Sequence record: OR545507.1
Reading direction: 5' to 3' (one strand)
DNA length: 64,000 bases
A model generated the notes under the pieces. It saw only the letters and a program-made list of their open reading frames with translations, made no database searches and had not been told where the DNA came from. The translations under genes were made by a program, and so were the position numbers. Position 1 is the first letter of the stretch. Every line of letters starts with the position of its first letter. Of the stretch, positions 54,103-64,000 are shown one piece after another.

Positions 54103-54616
54103 ATTTTTTTTCCGGTTTAACTGGAAATGAAAATGTTTTCTTGATCATGTCTGCTGGTTTGATTGAATTCAATTGCGTTACATAATCTTTCAATTTTACA
54201 AACAATACAGCTTCTTCATCAGTTGCTAACTCAAGATCCATAGCAGTTTTTAAGTGTCCAAGTTCTTGAATTGCAATGTATTTCAAATTAGATAATTCAT
54301 TTTTTAGGCGTTCAATTTTTTCTTCTTTAGTTTCAATATAGTCATGAATAGTATTTCCATCGTAAACCATACCATAAAGTTTGTTAATATCACCATCATA
54401 TTCAATTTCAGAAACACTAAAACCTAAAGGTACTAGATCATAAATGTTATATGATGCTGAAACAATTAAACCATTAGTATCATACATAAATTTTGCTTTA
54501 TTAATGTCAAACAATTCACGAGATTCATACCAATCCATACCTTCATCGGACATCATATACAAAGAATTAGGATTACCACCTTCTTTTTCATACATCTTAA
54601 AATTTGTTAGTTGCAT
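54101..54616 (-). CDS. Tail fibre assembly chaperone (Tfa-like)
   Basis: SDEGMDWYE, LKTAMDLELATDEE...YVTQL; follows the fibre gene. Confidence 0.85.
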   Translation of the reverse strand: MQLTNFKMYEKEGGNPNSLYMMSDEGMDWYESRELFDINKAKFMYDTNGLIVSASYNIYDLVPLGFSVSEIEYDGDINKLYGMVYDGNTIHDYIETKEEKIERLKNELSNLKYIAIQELGHLKTAMDLELATDEEAVLFVKLKDYVTQLNSIKPADMIKKTFSFPVKPEKK

Positions 54617-54626
54617 TACACATTCC

Positions 54627-56237
54627 TTATTGTTGACGTACTGTTTCCCAGTTACCATTTATTTGCATTTGAACATAGCGATAACTAATTCGTTCTAAGT
54701 GAGTGCCTGAACTACCATTAACAGAAATCCATACGCCATCCATAAATGCACCTTCTGGTGTATATGTCCATGAAGAATCAGGTATTTTACTTGTTTCAAT
54801 ACGTGCACTCAAACGAATACTTTGTACGTTATTAGTACTAATTTGCAAAGTAACGTTGCCACTAGCATCAGCAGCAGTACCGTTAATTGAACGAACAATA
54901 TTTTTACCACCAACAGTAGCTGAGTTGTTAGAAACAGTTAATGATGGAGCAGCTAACGTACCAGAAGAGTTTACAGTAACTTCTGCTCCACCGGAACGTA
55001 ATCTCAATGTATTATTTGAAGAGTTATGATACACTGCCGCACGCTCACCACCGCTTGCGTTACGGAAATATAGAACTAATGATGTATCATTTGACTTAAT
55101 TGACGCACTGTTTGCAATAGTCAATGAACCAGTCATTGTATCACCAGTTTTTAGTACATAACGAGTGTTTGCAACTTTTTCACTCAATGCGACGTTAGAT
55201 TCAGCAATGTTATATAGATATGCAACGTTAAAGTGTTCCACATCAATGTTACTAATACCATGATAGTGTGGTTGGTTTCCACCAAGTGTGTTAGTGTTTC
55301 CACTAAATGAGTGAATGTGGTCTGGTGCTTCGTTAATGTTATTGATTACAGTTGGTATACCGTTATCATTACTTGAAGTTAACGCATTTAGACCACTACG
55401 GTCCATACCTTTTAGTGCTTGACTATGACCATGACGACCAGCAGCCCCTGTGGTCCCACTAAAACTAAATGAGTGTGATGGTAATTGGGCAACACTTAAT
55501 ACTGTGCCGCTAATATTACCGCTACTACCAATAACACTATCAGTTTTAGTTACACCTGATGTGGATATCCCTTTTAAGTACGCGTTTTGGTTAAGGTTTG
55601 GTACTTGTTTGGTAATTGTACCATTTTCCCCCTCCCATTGCCACCACATACCATCAGCAAAACACCAACCGTCAGACGTTTTCCACGGAGCACCTTGTGA
55701 ACCGTTTCTCCCACTTTGTCCATTCGATTGTCCTGACATTTGTTCACGTATACTAGCAACAGATTGACCAGAAGTCAATGAATATTGTGTAATAGCACCA
55801 GGTTTAAGTGAAGTGTAAAGACCAGTTGGACCAGAACCACCACTAGAAGCAGTAGGGAATACAATGTTTAAGTTTGTTCCACTAATACTTGCACTAGGAA
55901 CAGTACTACTACTATAAGTTACACTTTCTACTTTTAAATTTAGTTTTCTATTTACTTCATCAAGTGAAATTCTAATTGGTTCTAAAATGGTATCAGTATC
56001 GTATACTGCAATCCAACTAGTACCGTTATGATACTTCAAAACTAACTCGTTTCTATCAAAGACCATTGCACCTTGTTCACCAGTTGGTAAAGTTTGTACT
56101 GGTATGATAACTGATGACGAGTTAAAACGAATAGGTCTTGGGTTAGTTGGTGTACCACCAAGCACTATTAGTTCTAAAGATCCATTAGCACCAGTACTGG
56201 TCATTGTATCCAATGGGTTATTAAAACTTATGCTCAT
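54627..56237 (-). CDS. Tail fibre protein
   Basis: Collar-like GWCFADG..VPNL, QLPSHSFS..T..AG.H.H, YVLKTGDTMTGSL, C-terminal YRYVQMQING.W. Confidence 0.85.
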   Translation of the reverse strand: MSISFNNPLDTMTSTGANGSLELIVLGGTPTNPRPIRFNSSSVIIPVQTLPTGEQGAMVFDRNELVLKYHNGTSWIAVYDTDTILEPIRISLDEVNRKLNLKVESVTYSSSTVPSASISGTNLNIVFPTASSGGSGPTGLYTSLKPGAITQYSLTSGQSVASIREQMSGQSNGQSGRNGSQGAPWKTSDGWCFADGMWWQWEGENGTITKQVPNLNQNAYLKGISTSGVTKTDSVIGSSGNISGTVLSVAQLPSHSFSFSGTTGAAGRHGHSQALKGMDRSGLNALTSSNDNGIPTVINNINEAPDHIHSFSGNTNTLGGNQPHYHGISNIDVEHFNVAYLYNIAESNVALSEKVANTRYVLKTGDTMTGSLTIANSASIKSNDTSLVLYFRNASGGERAAVYHNSSNNTLRLRSGGAEVTVNSSGTLAAPSLTVSNNSATVGGKNIVRSINGTAADASGNVTLQISTNNVQSIRLSARIETSKIPDSSWTYTPEGAFMDGVWISVNGSSGTHLERISYRYVQMQINGNWETVRQQ

Positions 56238-56277
56238 GTATAAATCCCTTTATGATTAATATATACTATATTTATTC

Positions 56278-56604
56278 CTATAGCAAGTCGTTATCCATAT
56301 CATCCCATACGGAATCAATAATGTTGGCTGCTATCTTTTTAGACATTTTAAACCACTCGGTATTGGGTTGTCTAGTTGCATTCATCTGCTTAAGCCTTTT
56401 ATGTATTTCTTTTTCAGCCAAACGTGCATCATCAAAATGAACTTCATGATATACTTCAAAGTCACGAAATGGTGTAGCAGTCTGATACGTTCTTAGACGT
56501 TCTGTCATTTCTGATTTTGAAGTAAAACCAATTTTAACATACTCAGGCCATGCAGAATTTATTATAACATAACATATCTGTGACATAGATTCAATCTCCA
56601 TCAT
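56278..56604 (-). CDS. GIY-YIG superfamily (T5orf172-type) protein
   Basis: CYVIIN...YVKIGFT...RL..YQT, AEKEIHKRL, EWF. Confidence 0.85.
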   Translation of the reverse strand: MMEIESMSQICYVIINSAWPEYVKIGFTSKSEMTERLRTYQTATPFRDFEVYHEVHFDDARLAEKEIHKRLKQMNATRQPNTEWFKMSKKIAANIIDSVWDDMDNDLL

Positions 56605-56625
56605 TAATATGGAGATATTTATCTA

Positions 56626-56985
56626 TCAACTAATAGTGAATTTCAAACCAATATCTATTAAACGTTGAAAAGGATTATGGGGCTGAAATTCAGAAGGTTC
56701 TTGTGTAATGTTTAGTACTGGAGCGTCTGAGTGTAATTGTGACATACGTTCCCTATAATGATCTATGTATTCTTCATATAACATATCTTCAGTATGTGTG
56801 TTTAGTATATCTTCTATAAAAGAATCTAAACTATAATCCAATCTATCATCATTATAATACAATGTTTCAGTGGCTTCATCATATCCAACTAACGTACCAT
56901 AAGGAACATTTATTTCTATATTTGAGTACTGACTCTTTAAGTACTCTTCTTTGTTAAATTTGTATACAGTTAACATCCGTGTCAA
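56626..56985 (-). CDS. Hypothetical protein
   Basis: ORF with GGAG SD. Confidence 0.6.
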   Translation of the reverse strand: MTRMLTVYKFNKEEYLKSQYSNIEINVPYGTLVGYDEATETLYYNDDRLDYSLDSFIEDILNTHTEDMLYEEYIDHYRERMSQLHSDAPVLNITQEPSEFQPHNPFQRLIDIGLKFTIS

Positions 56986-56999
56986 CTCCTTTAGATTGT

Positions 57000-57923
57000 T
57001 TACTTAAAAGTATTTACAATTTCTAAAACACTTTCAAGATACTTAGCATCAAATGTTTCAGTAAATCCTGACGGTAACTCTTCAGTACTTACAACACCAC
57101 TTTCAATGTATTTCTTTATGAACTTTTCCAACAGTAATGGTTGATTGCCATCTTCAAAGTAGCGTTCTACAAGTACTTCATGCTCGAACTCAGAATTGCG
57201 ACTTTGTTCGTTTACACGGCGTTTCATATCACCAGTGATTCCATACTTGTACACCGTCTTGTCATTGTTAGTTAGTTTTTGAACATAGAAATATCCAGGT
57301 TTTGATGGTTGATAACCATACTCACCACATGATGGACATCCTCTTCCTGCCATATGAGATTTGGGTATTTGTTTAAAGACACCATGTTCAGGACAAATAA
57401 TATCCACATGTTCATCACTAGTCTTGTAATCCACCAAGCTATAATCATACTTATGGTTATGGATAGGCGACACAAGTTCAATGAAACGTTCAGTACTTCT
57501 TCCACCTTTACCAGAACATATTCCACAACTAGTTTTTCCTTTTAATAATGTTGCGGCTGATACTTCCCAATCATGCACATCATTCGGATCATTATGACAT
57601 GTAACGATGACTCGCCCATTACTGTCACTTTGTTTTTTGTAGATAGTTTTCTCAAATGACAATGTTGGATGGATGGTTTTAACTTTTTCAATAAACGTTT
57701 CGGTCGTGTATGCTGTGTTTTTTTGACAAATGTTACATCCTTTTGCAGAAGGTCGGACTATTTGCATAGGAGTGATTTTGAAATAATGACAACCTTCTAC
57801 ACAATAAAGTTCAACCTGTTTATGAGCATTAATATATACCATTTTATCAAACAAATACACACCAGTACCATACTTTTCATTCACTGCATTAATAAATTTT
57901 TCTTCATTTGGATTCATTGTCAT
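57000..57923 (-). mobile_element. Free-standing homing endonuclease (Zn-ribbon repeats + GIY-YIG-like domain)
   Basis: Three KY.Y..V.Y...V.I.C..H...CxxC repeats; PGYFYVQ...YKYGIT...R, E; TTGACA promoter at 57975-57980. Confidence 0.75.
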
Positions 57924-57990
57924 TTCTCTTCTTCATTTATAATGTACGCGTATTATTACACAAAAAATGTGACATGTCAACACAAAAAAG

Positions 57991-58013
57991 AAAAGGGACT
58001 CCGAAGAGTCCCT
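57991..58013 (-). terminator. Terminator after the major capsid gene
   Basis: AGGGACTC-TTCG-GAGTCCCTTTT on minus. Confidence 0.85.
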
Positions 58014-58056
58014 ATTGTTTTTAATTTCTTGATTAAATCTTTTAAATCGATTACAA

Positions 58057-59232
58057 TTACATGAAAGTAACGTTTTTGATAGCGATTTTGCTGTAGTAGT
58101 CAGCAGCGTTACCAAGAGAAGAAGTACTATCAGTCAATTGTACATAACCATACCTGGTAAGGAAAGTTGTGACCAATTCCCCAGTGTTAGGGTCCATTAC
58201 AGTACCGGAAGCCATTAGTGGGATGTATGGGCAATAGAACACACCAGCATCAGTTTCTGCATTACCTTTATAACCAATTAGAATATCTTCTGCATCACTT
58301 GCATAAGTATCAACAAAAATACGCATAGTGCTGTTTAGAGTACCTACAAACTTAACGTTAGTTGGGGCTTCGAAAGTACCTTCAGTGGTACGTGCAAAGC
58401 TAGAAGTAGTAGCAGATTGTAGAATGGTTAGTGCAGTTGGGGAAACAACAGCCCAGTTTGCAGCACCACGCTTAGTACGACGAGCAACTTCGTTTGCTTG
58501 ACGGTTAATTAGAGTTGCTAGAGCAGCGTGCTCATCACCAACGAAGGTTGCAACACCAGTAACTTTAGATTGGTCATAAGTTACAGCAGCAGCACCAGGT
58601 AGTGCACGTAGACGGCTTAGTAGCTCTTGGTCGATTTCTACGGTAACTTCTTGAGCGATTGCAGCCATTAGTTCTGCTTCAACGTCAACACCATGTTGGG
58701 ATTGTGCATCTTGTGCAGATTCAACAGTCCAACGTGCAGATAGACGACGAGATTTCGCTTCAACAGTTTCACGTAGAATACGGATGTTAACGCGACGACC
58801 CATAGTACCTTCTAGTTGGCTAGTAGGAGCAGCTTGTGGGTTGCTATTATCCGCATTTAGATCACCAGAGTAAGATTTAGCGATTTTGTATGGAGAAAGC
58901 ATTTCTTCACCAGCGATTACACCAGGTGCGTTATCAGCATATTGTACACGTAGGGTGTGGATCTGACCAACTGGACCAGTCATAGGTTGAACACCGATGA
59001 TTTCGTTAGCAATAACGGTTGGCATTACACGACGCATAATTGGTAGAATCACTTTGTTTAGAGTAGCGATGTTACCAGCGGTAGTTGCACCAGAAGTTGC
59101 GGATTCAGTTAGCATAACTTTACGATGGTTATCAAGAACAGTTTCCATTACAGACTTACGAGTACCCTGTAGACCTTCAACTAGTTTCTCTTTTACTGCT
59201 ACCCATTTGGATTCATTTAGTAGTTGTGACAT
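58057..59232 (-). CDS. gp23: Major capsid protein
   Basis: RRVMP...GVQPMTGPVGQIHTLR, SRRLSARWT.E.AQD, EID.E, FYCPYIPL, TRYG. Confidence 0.97.
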   Translation of the reverse strand: MSQLLNESKWVAVKEKLVEGLQGTRKSVMETVLDNHRKVMLTESATSGATTAGNIATLNKVILPIMRRVMPTVIANEIIGVQPMTGPVGQIHTLRVQYADNAPGVIAGEEMLSPYKIAKSYSGDLNADNSNPQAAPTSQLEGTMGRRVNIRILRETVEAKSRRLSARWTVESAQDAQSQHGVDVEAELMAAIAQEVTVEIDQELLSRLRALPGAAAVTYDQSKVTGVATFVGDEHAALATLINRQANEVARRTKRGAANWAVVSPTALTILQSATTSSFARTTEGTFEAPTNVKFVGTLNSTMRIFVDTYASDAEDILIGYKGNAETDAGVFYCPYIPLMASGTVMDPNTGELVTTFLTRYGYVQLTDSTSSLGNAADYYSKIAIKNVTFM

Positions 59233-59277
59233 TATATATCTCCTTAAAGATGTTATATTCGTTTTTCAGTATGATAT

Positions 59278-59285
59278 TATTTATA
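59278..59285 (-). promoter_or_regulatory. Late promoter TATAAATA for the capsid gene
   Basis: Exact T4 late consensus. Confidence 0.75.
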
Positions 59286-59323
59286 GAACTGAAAAATTTG
59301 ATTATTAAAATGCTTTAAAATGT

Positions 59324-60439
59324 TTATTTTTTATTGATACCTGAAAGAACATCTAGTTCTTTTAGGAATGCCATATCGTCAGCGGTCATTTCTTCGCTTT
59401 CAACAATAGCCTGACGGTTGCCAGTGATTACTTTACCTTCTGCAAGAGTTTTCTTAGCGGAAGACTGAACTGCTTGACGAGTGGTAGCAGATTCATTTAC
59501 TTTAGTACCGTTAAGTACTGACTTATGGTACTTGCTGAAATCTTCTTTAAGCTTTTCAGTAGGTGAAGTAGCTAGAAGGGATTCCATAATTTGTTTTTGC
59601 TGTGCAGTTAGTGGTTTTACTAGTTCAGACATAATCGCATTACGTGCTTGTGCATCTTCCATAATACGTAGTTTGGTTTTAGCAGCTTTAACGGCATTAG
59701 CAGTTTCATGTAGTTCTTGCTTAACTTGAGCAATTTCATCTTCTTTAGATTTAATTGATTCAGTTAGGGAACGTAGCAATGAGTTTTCATTAAATTGTTT
59801 GACATTAAACTCTTGAGCAAATGCTTCAAAGATTTTACGACCAAACATATTTTGTTTTGCTTCCACTAGATCTTGTTTCAACGCATATAGATTCTTCTGA
59901 GTGGTTTCTGCAATATATTTAGCAGCACTTTCAGATGTACGTTTGATGAAGTTATTACGAGCTTCAGCAATTTGACGTGAACCTTCAGCAAGTAGTTTAA
60001 CGCGAGTTTCTACTAGTTGGCGTTTTTCAGTGTGGAATTCTTTTAGCTCTTCTGCTAGGATACCGTTAGAAAAATTAACGAATTTACCCATGCATTCATG
60101 AAGATGCTTACGTTCTTTACGCATTTGTTTAACTTCTTCAGCCAAAACAGAGTTTGAAAACGCAGAGAAATTGCTTAGTGTTTTACGTAGAGTTACACGA
60201 TCTTCAACGAGACGTTTTTTCTCTTCATATACAGCACCCATTTCTTCAGCAATGACTTGAGTAACCATCGTGTTCAAACCTTCGGTTAGTTCAGCCAAAT
60301 CTTGCTGATAACGGCCTTTCATTTCTTCACGCATCTCTGCGGCTAGTGTATTCTTTTCTTCATTCCATGCTTCCTGAATTAGCTGTTTTGCCTCATCAGA
60401 AAGAGATGATTCTTTTAGAAGCTTTTCTAATTTAGACAT
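59324..60439 (-). CDS. gp22: Prohead core scaffold protein
   Basis: Coiled-coil repeats (AEE...EKxxLVExR), between protease and capsid; late promoter at 60487-60494. Confidence 0.85.
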   Translation of the reverse strand: MSKLEKLLKESSLSDEAKQLIQEAWNEEKNTLAAEMREEMKGRYQQDLAELTEGLNTMVTQVIAEEMGAVYEEKKRLVEDRVTLRKTLSNFSAFSNSVLAEEVKQMRKERKHLHECMGKFVNFSNGILAEELKEFHTEKRQLVETRVKLLAEGSRQIAEARNNFIKRTSESAAKYIAETTQKNLYALKQDLVEAKQNMFGRKIFEAFAQEFNVKQFNENSLLRSLTESIKSKEDEIAQVKQELHETANAVKAAKTKLRIMEDAQARNAIMSELVKPLTAQQKQIMESLLATSPTEKLKEDFSKYHKSVLNGTKVNESATTRQAVQSSAKKTLAEGKVITGNRQAIVESEEMTADDMAFLKELDVLSGINKK

Positions 60440-60505
60440 TCGTTCTCTCCTTTAAGTACTGAAATATCTGTACTTCAACATACAGATATTTATATTTTTA
60501 AAATG

Positions 60506-61129
60506 TTAACCTTTTAATTTCTTGAAAAAATCGTATATTTCAGAATCTAAATTATTTACTTTTTTAGATTCAGTGATTTTTTTAGAACTATTACAAGGTG
60601 ATCCGTACTTACTCATCAGAGATTCAAATACCGCTGTTGGGTATGCTTCTGGAGCACTAGGTTGAGCAACAATATCAATAGTGATAATTTCAAAATCAGA
60701 AACTATTCCATTATAATCAACGTTACCGGAACCGCGAGAACTTACACCAAGTTTTACACCAGCCTCTAGCATTTTACGGATATTCTGACCATGTGCAGTA
60801 TCAAGTAGTTTGATTTCTGCCATACCATTAGCACCTTCCATCCAAACCTTAGTAATCATTGCTGCTACACGGTCTAGGTTAATAGTTAGTGTTTCTGGAT
60901 GGTCACATTCAACAAGAATGCTTTCACCTTTAGCTAAACGCTGGTTCATGTTATTTACTGCCCTTGTAATTTCAGATAAAGGGTAAATTCTCTCGTTCAA
61001 ATTTCGTTGGTCGGCTTGAATAGCAATACCACGAAGATAGCAGTCACGCCCACCAAATCCATTATCACGATGTTCCAAAACAACTTTAGAATCATTGAAT
61101 GAAGACCATTCACGAATCATACTACTCAT
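60506..61129 (-). CDS. gp21: Prohead protease
   Basis: QADQRNLNERIYP, ECDHP, LGVSSRGSG, DIVAQPSAP.AY. Confidence 0.95.
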   Translation of the reverse strand: MSSMIREWSSFNDSKVVLEHRDNGFGGRDCYLRGIAIQADQRNLNERIYPLSEITRAVNNMNQRLAKGESILVECDHPETLTINLDRVAAMITKVWMEGANGMAEIKLLDTAHGQNIRKMLEAGVKLGVSSRGSGNVDYNGIVSDFEIITIDIVAQPSAPEAYPTAVFESLMSKYGSPCNSSKKITESKKVNNLDSEIYDFFKKLKG

Positions 61130-61149
61130 AATGATCTCCTTTCAGATAT

Positions 61150-61998
61150 TTATTTTAGTTTAGGTTGTGCTTTGCTTAGTGGTGATTTAGAATTAGATGC
61201 AGTAGTTTTTGGTGCTTTAACATCTTTCATTTCACCGCGAGCATTTTTACCAAGATCTAGGCTATCTTTTGGTAGAACAGATTTATCATCTAGGTCTAGT
61301 AGTGGGGCTTGGTCAGTTTTCTTAGCGAATTTAACTGGCTCTGCTCCTGCTACTGGAGATTTAGCTTCTGGTGCTACTGGAGATTTGGAATGAGTGCCAG
61401 CTTTTTCTTTCTTATCAACTGGAGCAACTTTTTCTAGTTTGAAGGATTCACCGAATTTTTCATCGCCGAATTCAACATCAGCAAATTCGTCGTCACCGTC
61501 AACACCAACTTCTTCTTCGCTATCTTCTACTTCTTCTTCAGAATCTAGATCAACTTCACCGTCACCGATTTCATCAAACATTTGTTGTAGGCCACGGAAA
61601 GCATCTTGGATTGATTCCCATTGGTCTTCGGAAGGAACATCAGCATCAGCTTTCACTTCAACGTCAACATCGTCTTCACCGTCACCATCTGCATCAGCAG
61701 AGAATTCAACTTCTTCTTCTGCACTTTCATCTTCTTCACCAAGGGTGTATTCGATTTCAGCATTTAGACCTTCGTCTGGTTGTACATCAAAATCTTCGTC
61801 AAGCTTTTCTTCATCTTTGACTTTAACTTCGACTTCACAATCTTCATCGTCGTCTTCATCTTCCATGCTTTCTTCTAGTTGTTTGTTAATTTCTTGAGCT
61901 TGCTCAACGAAATACTTACGCATTTTTTTATCAGCAATATCTTGTTCGCCATTTGCAAACGCCGCAATTGCTTCTTGTAGTAGTTTTAAATTCGCCAT
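61150..61998 (-). CDS. Highly acidic prohead-core protein
   Basis: Asp/Glu-rich, several L-x-E sites, lies between portal and protease as T4 gp67/68 do. Confidence 0.6.
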   Translation of the reverse strand: MANLKLLQEAIAAFANGEQDIADKKMRKYFVEQAQEINKQLEESMEDEDDDEDCEVEVKVKDEEKLDEDFDVQPDEGLNAEIEYTLGEEDESAEEEVEFSADADGDGEDDVDVEVKADADVPSEDQWESIQDAFRGLQQMFDEIGDGEVDLDSEEEVEDSEEEVGVDGDDEFADVEFGDEKFGESFKLEKVAPVDKKEKAGTHSKSPVAPEAKSPVAGAEPVKFAKKTDQAPLLDLDDKSVLPKDSLDLGKNARGEMKDVKAPKTTASNSKSPLSKAQPKLK

Positions 61999-62099
61999 TA
62001 TATCCTCCATAGATATATTACATTCGTATAAAGTATGATATTATTTAGTACTGAATAAAATCGCCTTTTTTAAAAGCTTTAAAAAGTGCGATTTTCGGT

Positions 62100-62327
62100 T
62101 TACATTAACCCAGAACCGTCACCTGTTGGTGCAGCGGCATAAACAACTGCAACCACATTTTTGCGGCGTTGTTCTTCATGTGCTTTAAATTCACGGTACT
62201 TTCTTAAGTTGTTTAATACTTGTAATGTTAGTTTCGGTTTTCTGGAATCAGTAATTTTATATACGTTCTGATCATCTTCAGGGTCGTACATTGAATCACT
62301 GCTAGATTCAAAGATGTCCTTTAACAT
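62100..62327 (-). CDS. Small head-module protein
   Basis: MLKDIFES...RKPKLTL..LN.LRK; CATAAATA at 62392-62399. Confidence 0.6.
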   Translation of the reverse strand: MLKDIFESSSDSMYDPEDDQNVYKITDSRKPKLTLQVLNNLRKYREFKAHEEQRRKNVVAVVYAAAPTGDGSGLM

Positions 62328-62352
62328 TTGATCTCCTTGAAATATGCATTAT

Positions 62353-62379
62353 AAATGAGGGTAAAAATAAACCCTCATT
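62353..62379 (-). terminator. Terminator after the portal gene
   Basis: AATGAGGGT...ACCCTCATT stem. Confidence 0.6.
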
Positions 62380-62400
62380 CTTATACATTGTTATTTATGT

Positions 62401-63999
62401 TTAAAAAGAATTGCCTAAATTATTAGGGTCGAAACCACCACTTCCACTCTGTTGCTCTTGGTATTCGGCATCAGCACTTTCCAAATTACCTTCTCCATCA
62501 ATACCAAGATCCATTCCAGGATCATTTGGAGCATCAATACCAACAGACTGCAATCCTGCGGAATCTTCTTCACCACCAGAAGGTTGGGAACCATCTTGTG
62601 GATTCTCTTGTAACCACATTTGTTCATTCTTAACAATATCAGCTTTAGAAAAGCCCATTTTTTCAAGAATTGTTTGTTTTGCCATATAAGGCAAGTCATT
62701 AAGAGGAAGATATGTATTAATTAGTTTAGCATCTAGTTCAGCTTTACGATAAGAAGCTAAGTTAATAGGTGGATTCATAATAACTTCAAAAGATGAAGTA
62801 CTAATGTTATATCCATTTTTAACCATAAATCTTTTGAATTCAGCATCAAAATGTTTTGCAACTAAACGTTGATAACGCATACATTGATTATTGAATCGCA
62901 ATTCACTTGCCATAGCTTGTGTAGCACCATCACCAAATAATGAAACACCACCATCATCTGGACCTTGTGGTAGATATGAAGCTGGTATTTGAAGACCACG
63001 AATCAATTTATTATTGAAATAACGTAAGTCATCAATTTGTCCTAAGTTATCACCGCCTGGTAATGTTTGAACATCTGAACCACGACCTTCAGAAGTTTGT
63101 GGGAAAAAGTAGTCTTCTAAAATGCTTAATGGATTATACGCTGCATCCATTAGTGAAGTACTTCCACCTTTGTTTGAAGGTATTCTACGCTGGTGGATTT
63201 CATTTTTAAATCTTTCAACATAAGCCATCGCTTGGTGTGCTTGCATATCACCAACATCAATTTTAAATACACGACGCTCAGGTGCACGTTGTACACGATA
63301 AATTATGATACTATCTTCCAGAAGTTCTTTTTGCTTATAGACTTTAAATACGTCCTCAAGTATACTAGTACCAAAAGGCCATACCCCATCTTGTCCTGTA
63401 TTTAGTGTTAGATGAATTACGTGTTCTGCACCAACAGGAATAACGTCTAATTGACCGTTAGTACTGAATGGGTCAGCCGTATTTCCTTGACTTGTAAAAC
63501 CAGATGCACCACCAGCAGCTACTGAACCACCACCACCCATTGTTGTTGGAATAGCTCCTGGATAAGCGGTTTTATCAAATCCTACTTGAAGGTTACTAAA
63601 AACTTTATCTTTCAAATTTAATGATACGTCACGTATATAATAAATTACTGGTGTTTTACCAGTGGCTTCGTTAACAAATACTTGCTCAACATTTTTGGGA
63701 CTTACCCAATACCAATCGAATGTTTCTGGATCTCGAATGAAAAATTGATCACCATATTTCAGAAGACCACGCACAATTTCATACATTCGTGTTTTAAAAT
63801 CATTTTGTTCAGTCCATGCATCTAAACGATCTTCAATAGTCGTTACTTCAGTATCACCAATATCATCTTTATATTTGATTTTATATGGTAAACCAAAATC
63901 TTCAGTACTTTGAGTACAAAAGTCAGCAATTATATTCAATGCAGTTCTAATTTCAGGATCTTGGTCCATTTGCTCATACTGACTATAACGCTCAGTACG
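62401..63999 (-). CDS. gp20: Portal vertex protein; frame stays open to the right edge (5' truncated)
   Basis: RY.QYEQMDQDPEI..AL, LLEDSIIIYRVQRAPERRVFKIDVG, EDYFFP...GRGS.V.TLPGG.NLG.IDD. Confidence 0.96.
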   Translation of the reverse strand, partial: RTERYSQYEQMDQDPEIRTALNIIADFCTQSTEDFGLPYKIKYKDDIGDTEVTTIEDRLDAWTEQNDFKTRMYEIVRGLLKYGDQFFIRDPETFDWYWVSPKNVEQVFVNEATGKTPVIYYIRDVSLNLKDKVFSNLQVGFDKTAYPGAIPTTMGGGGSVAAGGASGFTSQGNTADPFSTNGQLDVIPVGAEHVIHLTLNTGQDGVWPFGTSILEDVFKVYKQKELLEDSIIIYRVQRAPERRVFKIDVGDMQAHQAMAYVERFKNEIHQRRIPSNKGGSTSLMDAAYNPLSILEDYFFPQTSEGRGSDVQTLPGGDNLGQIDDLRYFNNKLIRGLQIPASYLPQGPDDGGVSLFGDGATQAMASELRFNNQCMRYQRLVAKHFDAEFKRFMVKNGYNISTSSFEVIMNPPINLASYRKAELDAKLINTYLPLNDLPYMAKQTILEKMGFSKADIVKNEQMWLQENPQDGSQPSGGEEDSAGLQSVGIDAPNDPGMDLGIDGEGNLESADAEYQEQQSGSGGFDPNNLGNSF

Positions 64000-64000
64000 A

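Noticed and set aside
61394-61900. Low-complexity GAA/GAT-rich stretch as a repeat element
   Set aside because: Explained by the Asp/Glu-rich coding sequence of the prohead-core protein.

Overview
A 64-kb, AT-rich, gene-dense segment of a T4-related jumbo myophage. By gene content it resembles the RaK2/GAP32/PBECO4/CBB group (recalled similarity, not searched). Almost all genes are on the minus strand. The replication, recombination and nucleotide core comprises clamp loader, clamp, family-B polymerase, helicase, primase, topoisomerase II, UvsW/X/Y, gp32, two RNase H-type enzymes, Dda, NrdAB, DHFR and a MazG-like enzyme. The head module comprises portal, protease, scaffold, major capsid and terminase. 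A tail fibre and its chaperone, GIY-YIG nucleases and host-takeover genes (IF3, ClpS-like, YggL-like, two GroES, and an Hfq-like ORF missed by the track) are also present. No tRNA, rRNA or CRISPR array was seen. Most notable observations: (1) two tandem T4-holin-like genes, each interrupted by a +1 frameshift at the same CGG-A context; (2) a minimal DnaE/Pol III-type catalytic core split into two complementary genes 30 kb apart; (3) roughly 4-fold over-representation of the palindrome AGTACT (hand count); (4) a recurring G-R-R-A-H-A-N16-TAYAAT promoter class ahead of replication genes; (5) a group of putative capsid-packaged proteins with prohead-protease-like sites, including a micro-protein resembling the capsid cleavage site; (6) a degenerate terminase-ATPase paralog. 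All family calls come from motif recognition by eye, not database searches.
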